A stretch of 64,000 nucleotides of DNA from a virus: positions 1 through 64,000 of IMG/VR virus record IMGVR_UViG_3300025840_003418. One strand, 5' to 3'. A model generated the notes under the pieces. The model ran no database searches, had not been told where the DNA came from, and saw only the letters and a list, made by a program, of their open reading frames with translations. This document shows positions 18,993-26,807 of the stretch, one piece after another. The first letter of the stretch is position 1. Every line of letters starts with the position of its first letter. The position numbers were made by a program, and so were the translations under genes.

Positions 18993-19021
18993 TTGACAAT
19001 TACCTAAATACATGGTATACT
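18993..19021 (+). promoter_or_regulatory. sigma70 promoter for folE with an embedded TAAATA motif
   Basis: TTGACA-N17-TATACT with an extended TG. TAAATA at 19005-19010. Confidence 0.75.
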
Positions 19022-19041
19022 TTTATTAGTATACCATTTTT
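19012..19041 (+). terminator. Probable intrinsic terminator overlapping the -10 element
   Basis: ATGGTATAC-N8-GTATACCAT, a 9-bp perfect inverted repeat followed by TTTT. Confidence 0.5.
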
Positions 19042-19044
19042 CAT

Positions 19045-19070
19045 GGCAATCCACTGCCTAAACATCGGAG
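19045..19070 (+). promoter_or_regulatory. Candidate SD-sequestering RNA pseudoknot in the folE leader
   Basis: GGCA-ATCCAC-TGCC hairpin whose loop TCC is complementary to GGA of the SD (19067-19069). Confidence 0.4.
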
Positions 19071-19076
19071 ACATAA

Positions 19077-19763
19077 ATGAGCAAAGCGGAACAATTAAAA
19101 GCCCGTCTAGAAGATCTAGGCATTCGTTACTGGGCTGGCGACAACATTTCTAAAGTCCTACAAAAAGGTGATAAAGAAGAACTTATTGAAAATGCTACAG
19201 TAGCATTTGAAGGTGTGTTAGATGCACTATTAATTGATCGTCATAACGATCCTAATTCACAAGGTACAGCAAGACGTCTTGCTAAGATGTACTTTAATGA
19301 GATTATGGCGGGACGTTATGATCCTGCACCAACAGCAACAGCATTTCCAAACGATTCAGACGATCGTTACGAAGGTATGCTTGTTGTGCGAAGTGAACTT
19401 AAAAGTATGTGTTCGCATCATCACCAGCCAGTAGCAGGTGTTGCATACATTGGTATTATTGCCGCAGACAAACTGATTGGTTTGAGCAAGTATACACGTA
19501 TTGCACAATGGTGTGCTAGACGTGGGACGCTACAAGAAGAACTTGCAAATGACATTGCACGTGAGATTGCAAAAGCAACAGGTGCAGAACACTTAGGTGT
19601 ATATATCCAAGCAACACACGGTTGTTGTGAAAATCGAGGTATTATGGCAACCAGTAGTCTTACACAAACAACTGTGTTGCGTGGTGCATTTAAAGATGAC
19701 GCAGGTACAAAGAAAGAGTTTTTTGACAATATTAAACTACAACAGGAGTTTGCATCAAGATGA
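19077..19763 (+). CDS. folE: GTP cyclohydrolase I
   Basis: SMCSHH, IGLSKYTR, LQEEL, HGCCENRG. Confidence 0.95.
   Translation: MSKAEQLKARLEDLGIRYWAGDNISKVLQKGDKEELIENATVAFEGVLDALLIDRHNDPNSQGTARRLAKMYFNEIMAGRYDPAPTATAFPNDSDDRYEGMLVVRSELKSMCSHHHQPVAGVAYIGIIAADKLIGLSKYTRIAQWCARRGTLQEELANDIAREIAKATGAEHLGVYIQATHGCCENRGIMATSSLTQTTVLRGAFKDDAGTKKEFFDNIKLQQEFASR
19734..19763 (+). repeat. 30-bp direct repeat, copy 1 (end of folE)
   Basis: AAACTACAACAGGAGTTTGCATCAAGATGA, 29/30 identical to 20376-20405. Confidence 0.9.
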
Positions 19764-19939
19764 GTGAAGGACCATTTAAAGCAGCATTCGATGCTGACAC
19801 AAGCGGAGTAATTCGTAGAGAAATTATTACATATCGTATGCGTAATGGCATTATGGTTAAAGAAGAAGCAAGTCGTGATTATTACAAATCAGGCGATTAT
19901 CACGACTCAAACAATACTAAACCGTTGGTTGAACGTTAA
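19760..19939 (+). CDS. Small hypothetical protein (59 aa, MSEGPFKAAFDADTSG...)
   Basis: ATGA overlap with the folE stop and TAATG overlap with hemJ. Confidence 0.6.
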   Translation: MSEGPFKAAFDADTSGVIRREIITYRMRNGIMVKEEASRDYYKSGDYHDSNNTKPLVER

Positions 19940-20364
19940 TGTATGATTGGGTTCTTGTAATTCACATAGTGTCGCTCATTAGTTGGATGGCGGCACTATT
20001 CTACTTACCAAGGATTATGGTATATCATTTAGAGTATAAAGGTTATTCTGATGAAGTATATCGCATTTTAGAAACTATGGAATATAAGCTTCAAAAGTTT
20101 ATTATGCTTCCTGCTATGGTTGCTACACTAGTGTCAGGGCTGACACTAGTAAGTTTCGGTGTAGTTGACTGGAGTCTTACTTGGCCTTGGGTCAAAGCAG
20201 GAGCAGTGTTTCTTATGTTCGGGTTTCATGGTTGGTTAAGTTCAACACGAAGAAAAATGGCAGACGGTGACTTTAGTTACACAGGTAGGCAAATGCGTAT
20301 ATTAAACGAAGTGCCAACAATATTGTTGACTATTATTGTCATCAGTGTTATAATACAGTATTAG
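19939..20364 (+). CDS. hemJ: Protoporphyrinogen oxidase HemJ (CopD-like membrane protein)
   Basis: HIVSLISWMAALFYLPRIMVYH, IMLPAM, RILNEVPT; four TM helices. Confidence 0.88.
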   Translation: MYDWVLVIHIVSLISWMAALFYLPRIMVYHLEYKGYSDEVYRILETMEYKLQKFIMLPAMVATLVSGLTLVSFGVVDWSLTWPWVKAGAVFLMFGFHGWLSSTRRKMADGDFSYTGRQMRILNEVPTILLTIIVISVIIQY

Positions 20365-20375
20365 GAGTTAATATG

Positions 20376-20405
20376 AAACTACAACAGGAGTTTGCATCGA
20401 GATGA
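20376..20405 (+). repeat. 30-bp direct repeat, copy 2 (within mini-ORF MKLQQEFASR, 20373-20405)
   Basis: AAACTACAACAGGAGTTTGCATCGAGATGA. Confidence 0.9.
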
Positions 20406-20572
20406 AAATTGCAATATATACTATTGGACTTTTAATTGCTATTGCGATAGGTGTCGGTGGCTGGTATCTAAAGCGTGAAATCAATGCTTGGTTGTTTTAT
20501 GACGGCGCAACACAAGAAGTTGTTTGTGAAATGGTTAAGCCTGAATATTTAAAAGAAGGAGCGTGTGAATGA
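20402..20572 (+). CDS. Small single-TM protein (56 aa)
   Basis: MKIAIYTIGLLIAIAIGVGGWYLKR...; its stop overlaps the queE ATG. Confidence 0.6.
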   Translation: MKIAIYTIGLLIAIAIGVGGWYLKREINAWLFYDGATQEVVCEMVKPEYLKEGACE

Positions 20573-21462
20573 AACTACGCTATTCAGAAGCATTTTATAG
20601 TGTGCAAGGTGAAGGCAAGTATGTAGGAGTACCAAGTGTATTCTTGCGTACATTTGGTTGTAACTTTCGTTGTATGAACTTTGGTACTAACGAAACAAAA
20701 AATCGTTGGGAGCAACATGCAGAAGGTAACCGTTATAATGCAGAAGTAAAAGCATTAATTGACGCAGGTGTACACGAAACAACTGAAAAGTTTGAAGACT
20801 TGCCAATTATTCATACAGGCTGTGATACATATGCAAGTATCTATCCAGAATTCAAACACTTTAACAAAGAAGCAACTATTGACGAAGTAGTTGAACACCT
20901 ATTGTCACTTACACCAGAAGGCAAGTGGACAATGGATAATGGTCAGGATGTACACCTTATTATGACAGGTGGTGAACCGTTATTAGCGTGGCAGCGATTG
21001 TATATCGAACTGTTCGAACATCCCCGTATGCAGGATTTAAAAAATGTTACATTTGAAACAAACACTACACAACCTTTACACGACGATTTCTTCAACTATC
21101 TCATGGATCAAGACAGATTTGAAGTTACTTGGAGTTGTTCCCCAAAACTTAGTGTTTCGGGAGAACCTTGGGAAACTGCTATATTGCCTGATGTTGCTCG
21201 CGAGTATAGCAGTGTTGACGGTAGTGACATTTATCTCAAGTTTGTTGTCGCTAGTAACGACGACTTTGATGAAGTTACTCGGGCTGTTGAAGCGTATCGT
21301 AACAAAGGTGTGGAATGCCCTGTGTATCTTATGCCGCTCGGTGGTAGGTCGGAAGAATACAACCTCAACGTCAAAGATGTCGCAGAAGCATGTATGGAAA
21401 GGGGCTGGCGTTTTACCCCAAGACTTCACATCTCGCTCTTCGGCAACGCCTGGGGAACCTAA
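20569..21462 (+). CDS. queE: 7-carboxy-7-deazaguanine synthase (radical SAM)
   Basis: SEAFYSVQGEG, FLRTFGCNFRC...GCDT, TGGEP, FETN, SCSPK, PRLH. Confidence 0.92.
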   Translation: MKLRYSEAFYSVQGEGKYVGVPSVFLRTFGCNFRCMNFGTNETKNRWEQHAEGNRYNAEVKALIDAGVHETTEKFEDLPIIHTGCDTYASIYPEFKHFNKEATIDEVVEHLLSLTPEGKWTMDNGQDVHLIMTGGEPLLAWQRLYIELFEHPRMQDLKNVTFETNTTQPLHDDFFNYLMDQDRFEVTWSCSPKLSVSGEPWETAILPDVAREYSSVDGSDIYLKFVVASNDDFDEVTRAVEAYRNKGVECPVYLMPLGGRSEEYNLNVKDVAEACMERGWRFTPRLHISLFGNAWGT

Positions 21463-21498
21463 AGTAGTAGACGCAGATAAATTAAGGAAACTAGGATT

Positions 21499-21882
21499 AT
21501 GAAAAAATGGCTAAAAGATATTACTGGTATCACTGCTAAGGAAAAAGAACTAGAAGCCAAAGAATTAGAAGTTATCAAAGTTCGTGATCCAAAGGCATAT
21601 GCTACACGTAAGAAATTACCTTGGGTTAATGTACTTGATATGCAAGTAAACGAAGACAACATCCGCAACGGATTCTTCGAACTTGATTGGAACAGTTACT
21701 TTATTCAAGAACTTATTGCAAACGACTATGGTACTGAATCTGACAAAGAAGAAGATATTGTAGATCGTTGGTTTAGAGACATTGTATATAACATGTTAGC
21801 AGAAGAAGGTATGGATACTAGTAGAGACGCAGGAATGATTAATATTGTTCCTCTTGACAAAGGTAAAAGTGAAGTATCATGA
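21499..21882 (+). CDS. Hypothetical phage protein
   Basis: 127 aa with NGFFELDWN and IVDRWF. Confidence 0.7.
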   Translation: MKKWLKDITGITAKEKELEAKELEVIKVRDPKAYATRKKLPWVNVLDMQVNEDNIRNGFFELDWNSYFIQELIANDYGTESDKEEDIVDRWFRDIVYNMLAEEGMDTSRDAGMINIVPLDKGKSEVS

Positions 21883-22241
21883 AAGTCCGCATAGGTCCAT
21901 ATCGTAAGAACAGAGCCGAACATGTTGAAATAGAACCGTTTGACACTTGGAATATGGATTGTACACTTGCTATGATTATTCATCCTATGCTTGTACAACT
22001 CAAAGCAACAACACATGGATTTCCTAGCAATCTTTCTGAAGAACGCTGGAACGAAATACTAGATGAAATGATATGGGCGTTTGAACAAAAAGTAAAGCAT
22101 ATTGACCCACTTGATGTATGTCATGACAAATGTTCTAACTTTGGTGATCCGGCATGCAAAGCCTGTTTAGAAGATACACAAGAACGCATGACAAACGCAT
22201 TTAAATTATTTGGAGAGTACTTCGAGAGTTTGTGGGATTAG
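21879..22241 (+). CDS. Hypothetical phage protein
   Basis: DTWNMD.TLA, WNEILDEMIWAF, LFGEYFESLWD. Confidence 0.7.
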   Translation: MKVRIGPYRKNRAEHVEIEPFDTWNMDCTLAMIIHPMLVQLKATTHGFPSNLSEERWNEILDEMIWAFEQKVKHIDPLDVCHDKCSNFGDPACKACLEDTQERMTNAFKLFGEYFESLWD

Positions 22242-22804
22242 ACCTTATGCTTACAACGGTCCATATGCCAACGCTTCATATTCTTATAGTCGCCCTCTTT
22301 GTTACAATGTGGGCAAGTAAGACGCATAGTGTCTTGTGGACGCTTACGCATATTGGCAATATGTTCCTCAGACTTAGGTCTTCCGAGCATTGCTTGTCTA
22401 TTCTTTTCTCGATGTTCTGGAGAGTTTTTCTTACCAGTGCGAGTGCCTTTGCCTTGCATAGTGCGTTTAAAGCTCTCAACTTTCTTTCGCTTATGCTCTT
22501 CAGACATAGGACCAGTAGGGAGGAACATACCATTGATGTTCTTGTTTAACCATTTATCGTTGTTAAGTACGTCTAACTTCTCTAGGGCTTTACGCTCATG
22601 AAGTTTACACTTATCAACATCATTGAACACTTTGCGAACTTGTATAACATTAGGTTCGCCGTGTTCTTTACGAAACGCTTTAACGTGTTTAGAGGAAGTG
22701 AAATATGTATTCCATAAATCGTCAGGTGAGCAATCTTTTGCCCAGCGAGCACCGTAGTAAAACTTATCGTGGTTGCTCCATCCTATTAGATATGTGTAAG
22801 CCAT
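22238..22804 (-). mobile_element. Free-standing homing endonuclease (GIY-YIG-like N-domain, NUMOD3-like repeats, C-terminal Cys/His finger)
   Basis: AYTYLI...YYGAR...YFTSS, E..AL, WLN, repeats MSEEHKRK/SPEHREK/KSEEHI, CPHC. It is the only antisense gene in a + strand block and has its own GGAG and TAAATA (22833-22838, minus strand). Confidence 0.75.
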
Positions 22805-22832
22805 TGACAAACTCCTTTAACTCTGTTATAGT
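22804..22832 (+). promoter_or_regulatory. sigma70-type promoter facing away from the endonuclease gene
   Basis: TTGACA-N17-TATAGT with an extended TG. Confidence 0.55.
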
Positions 22833-22874
22833 TATTTATCACTTTTACGTATGAAAACTTATGGGACTAAGAAA

Positions 22875-23108
22875 ATGAAAAACTTATATTATTTTTTAAA
22901 ATGGAACTTTAGCGACATGCAACCTTATAACAAACGCTTCCTTGCGTATGTTGGTACAGCAATCTTACTGGCCCTCATATTTGGTGCAGAAGCAGCTATA
23001 GTTTGGCCTATTGCAATGTGTATAGATATTATTGTTACTGTAGTACACGATCGATATACAGATTTTAAAAAGGATCAAGCAAAGATGTTAGACGATTTAA
23101 AAGGTTGA
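22875..23108 (+). CDS. Small membrane protein
   Basis: Two hydrophobic segments. Start uncertain (22851 or 22875). Confidence 0.6.
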   Translation: MKNLYYFLKWNFSDMQPYNKRFLAYVGTAILLALIFGAEAAIVWPIAMCIDIIVTVVHDRYTDFKKDQAKMLDDLKG

Positions 23109-23133
23109 CTAATCGTATAAAATCGTATATAAT
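23105..23133 (+). promoter_or_regulatory. sigma70-type promoter containing phased 10-bp repeats
   Basis: TTGACT-N17-TATAAT, with AATCGTAT at 23111, 23121 and 23131. Confidence 0.75.
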
Positions 23134-23164
23134 CGTATGTATATAAACAACAATAGGCAAACTA

Positions 23165-24148
23165 ATGGCGACTTACATTCTTGTAGACACTGCTAACACA
23201 TTCTTTCGTGCTAGGCATGTAGTACGTGGTGACATAGATACTAAAGTAGGTATGGCGTTTCATATCACACTTGCAGGTGTTAAGAAAGCGTGGCGTGACT
23301 TTAACGCAGATCATGTTGTGTTTTGTTTAGAAGGTCGCAGTTGGCGTAAAGATTATTATGAACCTTACAAACGTAATAGACAAGAAAGTCGTGATGCACT
23401 TACACCGGCACAACAAGAAGAAGACACAGTATTTTGGGAATGTTTCGACGAGTTTAAAGAATTTATTTCTAGTAAGACTAACTGTACTGTTATGCAACAT
23501 CCGCAACTAGAAGCAGATGACTTGATTGCAGGTTGGATACAGAATCATCCTAATGACAAACATATTATTATTTCAACAGACGGTGACTTTGCACAACTTA
23601 TTAGTCCTCGTGTACGTCAGTATAATGGTATTGCTAACATGACTATTACACACGAAGGCTACTTTGATGATAAAGGCAAAGAAGTTATTGATAAAAAACT
23701 AGGCGGACCTCGTCCTGCACCCGATCCTCAATTCATGTTGTTTGAAAAATGTATGCGTGGTGACACTAGTGACAACGTGTTTAGTGCATATCCAGGTGTA
23801 CGCAAAAAAGGCACTAAAAACAAAGTAGGCCTTATTGAAGCATTTGAAGATAAGAATACTAAAGGCTTTAACTGGAATAACATGATGTTACAGCGTTGGG
23901 TAGATCATGAAGGTGTAGAGCATCGTGTTCTTGATGACTACACACGCAATGTTACACTATGTGACTTGACAGCACAACCCGAAGACATTAGAGCAATTAT
24001 TAACGAACAAATCAATAACGTAGAAAGTAAAAATGTTACACAAGTAGGTATGAGGCTTATGAAGTTTTGTGCTAAGTGGGATATGCAACGTATTGCAGAT
24101 CAGGCTGCATCATTTGCTGAACCCTTACAAGCGAGGTATATAAAATAG
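23165..24148 (+). CDS. T4 RNase H-like 5'-3' exonuclease (FEN/PIN fold)
   Basis: ILVD, WRK.YY..YK.NR, EADD, STDGDF.QL, GDTSDNV. Confidence 0.9.
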   Translation: MATYILVDTANTFFRARHVVRGDIDTKVGMAFHITLAGVKKAWRDFNADHVVFCLEGRSWRKDYYEPYKRNRQESRDALTPAQQEEDTVFWECFDEFKEFISSKTNCTVMQHPQLEADDLIAGWIQNHPNDKHIIISTDGDFAQLISPRVRQYNGIANMTITHEGYFDDKGKEVIDKKLGGPRPAPDPQFMLFEKCMRGDTSDNVFSAYPGVRKKGTKNKVGLIEAFEDKNTKGFNWNNMMLQRWVDHEGVEHRVLDDYTRNVTLCDLTAQPEDIRAIINEQINNVESKNVTQVGMRLMKFCAKWDMQRIADQAASFAEPLQARYIK

Positions 24149-24607
24149 ATGGAAGTAAAAGCTTTATTACAAGATAAATTTTGGATTTTAGAAAAAGAAG
24201 GTGTACAAGTAGGTACGCTGTCTTGGGACGAAGAAAGATATGTATTTGCAAGTCCCAAGGAAACTAAATTTTTAAACTCACAGTCTGAAATTAAAGAAGT
24301 ATTAGGAATTGACCTTTCTAAAGGTGTAACAATTTCTGATTCACCCGTAACAGAATTAGAAGTACATGGTTATCCTACAAGTGTTACACCATATAATACA
24401 ATGTATGATGTAAAAAGGCAACTTCCATTGTTTACAAAGAGTGATAAATCTAAAAGCCTGTATTGCGCAGGTTATTATATTATTAAGTTTGAAAAAGGTT
24501 GGGTAAAATCGTTTTGTCCTAAACTAATTACTATCGAACGCTATATTTCTAAAGGTCCTTTTAAGACTGAATCATCAATGAAAGAAGCACTTTGGAATGC
24601 AAAATAA
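24149..24607 (+). CDS. Hypothetical phage protein
   Basis: 152 aa with LPLFTK..KSKS.YCAGYY and FCPKLIT. Confidence 0.75.
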   Translation: MEVKALLQDKFWILEKEGVQVGTLSWDEERYVFASPKETKFLNSQSEIKEVLGIDLSKGVTISDSPVTELEVHGYPTSVTPYNTMYDVKRQLPLFTKSDKSKSLYCAGYYIIKFEKGWVKSFCPKLITIERYISKGPFKTESSMKEALWNAK

Positions 24608-24845
24608 AACTCCGTTAAACACAATGCCTGTGCAACAGTTTATACAAGTTGTAAAAGGTGCAGAGGCAAGTGGTGCAAAAGAAATTAAAGTTAACATACA
24701 ACAAGCAAAAACGCTTGCATTTACACTTGGCGAAATTATGGCCAGATTAAATGGTGACCTTGAAGAACTTTTATTAAATAAAACGTCAAACGAAACTGAA
24801 GAAATAATAGAGGTAAGAGTAGATGGCGGCACGAATTTCAATTGA
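24597..24845 (+). CDS. Hypothetical protein
   Basis: 82 aa, overlapping the upstream gene. Confidence 0.65.
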   Translation: MQNKTPLNTMPVQQFIQVVKGAEASGAKEIKVNIQQAKTLAFTLGEIMARLNGDLEELLLNKTSNETEEIIEVRVDGGTNFN

Positions 24846-24915
24846 ACTAGACGAAATAGAAGACGAAATCCTTGAGAATATGCTAAATAATGTATATATT
24901 GAGGAGAGTTCGGAC

Positions 24916-25206
24916 TTGAGTAGGCCAAAACCAAATGTAATTTTAGAACACACTGATAATACAACTTATAAGTGTGAACAAATACTTGAGGCTGAAGCCA
25001 TTTGGGCTGTGTTCTATATGAACAAACCCTTTAATTTAAAAAGTTCGAATATGCTTACAAACTATCCAGGTCCTAAGTACAAGAAAGTGTCTTTTTCTAA
25101 TCCTGGTCATGCTCATAATTTAGCTAACAAACTAAATGAAATGTTTGAATGTAATGATTTTAACGTTCACAAGCTGACCGACGGTGAAATAGTACACGAA
25201 GAATGA
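24916..25206 (+). CDS. Hypothetical protein
   Basis: Start reassigned to TTG 24916, after a GAGGAG SD and TAAATA (24884-24889). Motif YPGPKYKKVSFSNPGHA. Confidence 0.7.
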   Translation: MSRPKPNVILEHTDNTTYKCEQILEAEAIWAVFYMNKPFNLKSSNMLTNYPGPKYKKVSFSNPGHAHNLANKLNEMFECNDFNVHKLTDGEIVHEE

Positions 25207-25586
25207 ACTGGAAAGAAACTTACACTAAAATATTCTTGAAAGAACTTGGAAAAACTTGCAATGATGTTGCGGTTAAAGAGTATATGCCGTTGTGGTGGCA
25301 GAACACTAGAGAAAAAAACAACGGTGGTCTTAGACTTACACAACTCGGTTATGAAACTATACAAGAAATTGGCCTTACAACATATGACATTCCGTATCCA
25401 GTCGAAATGCCTCTTACTACGCAAGTTATTATCTATCTAGATAAATTTATTGACTGCCCATATTACCTTACTAACCGCAGTATCACAGTAACGAACGAAA
25501 AAAAAGCAGTCGAACTAACTCTTTTCTCTGGAGACTTAAGAAAGTACGGCCTAAATAAAGCTATGAAATTGGATGAAAACGGTTGA
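25203..25586 (+). CDS. Hypothetical protein
   Basis: WWQNTR...GGLRLT..G; ATGA overlap. Confidence 0.7.
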   Translation: MNWKETYTKIFLKELGKTCNDVAVKEYMPLWWQNTREKNNGGLRLTQLGYETIQEIGLTTYDIPYPVEMPLTTQVIIYLDKFIDCPYYLTNRSITVTNEKKAVELTLFSGDLRKYGLNKAMKLDENG

Positions 25587-25612
25587 CTTTATGTTATTAG
25601 ATGTTATATTAT
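25583..25612 (+). promoter_or_regulatory. sigma70-type promoter
   Basis: TTGACT followed by TATATT or TATTAT at 16-18 nt spacing. Confidence 0.55.
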
Positions 25613-25643
25613 ATGTATAACAGCAAACAAAGAGGGCTTTATT

Positions 25644-26735
25644 ATGTCAGAAGTATTAAATCGCACAGTAACTCCTAACAAAGCAAAAAATAGCATTCGT
25701 AGAGCACTACGTAAAAAACGTCCTGTCTTTTTGTGGGGTCCTCCCGGCATCGGAAAGTCAGAAGTAGTTGAACAAATTACAAACGATCTTCCAAACTCTC
25801 ACTTAATTGATATTCGTTTATCTCTTTGGGAACCTACAGATATTAAAGGTATTCCATACTTCGACAGTAATCAAGGCAAAATGGTTTGGGGAGCGCCGAG
25901 CGAACTTCCAGACGAAGAGATGGCTAGTGCTTATGACAACATTGTTCTGTTTTTAGATGAAATGAATAGTGCTGCACCAAGTGTGCAAGCGGCTGCTTAT
26001 CAACTTATCCTAAATCGTAAAGTAGGACAATATAAACTGCCTGACAATGTAATGATTGTTGCGGCAGGTAACCGCGAAGCAGACAAAGGTGTTACATATC
26101 GTATGCCTGCTCCGTTGGCTAACCGTTTTGTTCACTTGGAACTTGCAGTAGACTTCGACGATTGGTTCGAATGGGCTGTTGAAAACAACATCGAATCTGA
26201 TGTTATAGGCTACTTGCAATTTGCAAAACAAGACTTGTATACATTTGATCCTAAGTCACCAAGTCGTTCTTTTGCTACTCCTCGTTCGTGGTCGTTTGTT
26301 AGTGAATTATTAGATGACGAAGACGGAGATGACGTAACAACTACAGATTTAGTTGCAGGATCAGTCGGAGAAGGTCTTGCTGTAAAATTTATGGCACATC
26401 GTAAAATTGCTAGTTCAATGCCTAATCCGTCAGACATCTTAATTGGTAAAGTTAAAGAACTTAAAACTAAAGAAATTAGTGCTATGTATTCTTTGACTGT
26501 TTCATTGTGCTACGAGCTTAAAGACGCATCAGACAAGAATGACAAGAAGTTTGATGACAAGGTTAATAACTTTTTGCGGTTCTCAATGGATAACTTTGAT
26601 ACAGAACTAGTTGTTATGGGTATCAAACTTGCTCTTACACAATACGGATTGCCAATTGATCCAGACGCTGTCGATTGTTTTGACGAATTCCACGATCGAT
26701 ATGGCAAATATATTAAAGCGGCTCAAGGAGCGTAG
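25644..26735 (+). CDS. MoxR-family AAA+ ATPase
   Basis: Walker A GPPGIGKS, Walker B LFLDEMN, AAGN, LANRF, TPRSW. Confidence 0.92.
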   Translation: MSEVLNRTVTPNKAKNSIRRALRKKRPVFLWGPPGIGKSEVVEQITNDLPNSHLIDIRLSLWEPTDIKGIPYFDSNQGKMVWGAPSELPDEEMASAYDNIVLFLDEMNSAAPSVQAAAYQLILNRKVGQYKLPDNVMIVAAGNREADKGVTYRMPAPLANRFVHLELAVDFDDWFEWAVENNIESDVIGYLQFAKQDLYTFDPKSPSRSFATPRSWSFVSELLDDEDGDDVTTTDLVAGSVGEGLAVKFMAHRKIASSMPNPSDILIGKVKELKTKEISAMYSLTVSLCYELKDASDKNDKKFDDKVNNFLRFSMDNFDTELVVMGIKLALTQYGLPIDPDAVDCFDEFHDRYGKYIKAAQGA

Positions 26736-26754
26736 TCGATCTTATATATTTTGG

Positions 26755-26783
26755 TTGACAATGCCTATAAATATTGCTATAAT
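26755..26783 (+). promoter_or_regulatory. Consensus sigma70 promoter with an embedded TAAATA
   Basis: TTGACA-N17-TATAAT with an extended TG. TAAATA at 26768-26773. Confidence 0.8.
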
Positions 26784-26807
26784 AAAACAGTTGTAGAGGA
26801 GTAAACA

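Noticed and set aside
19045-19076. Assignment as a known preQ1-I or THF-II (folE) riboswitch
   Set aside because: The loop is only 6 nt and the consensus nucleotides I recall for those classes are not evident. It is kept only as a novel candidate.
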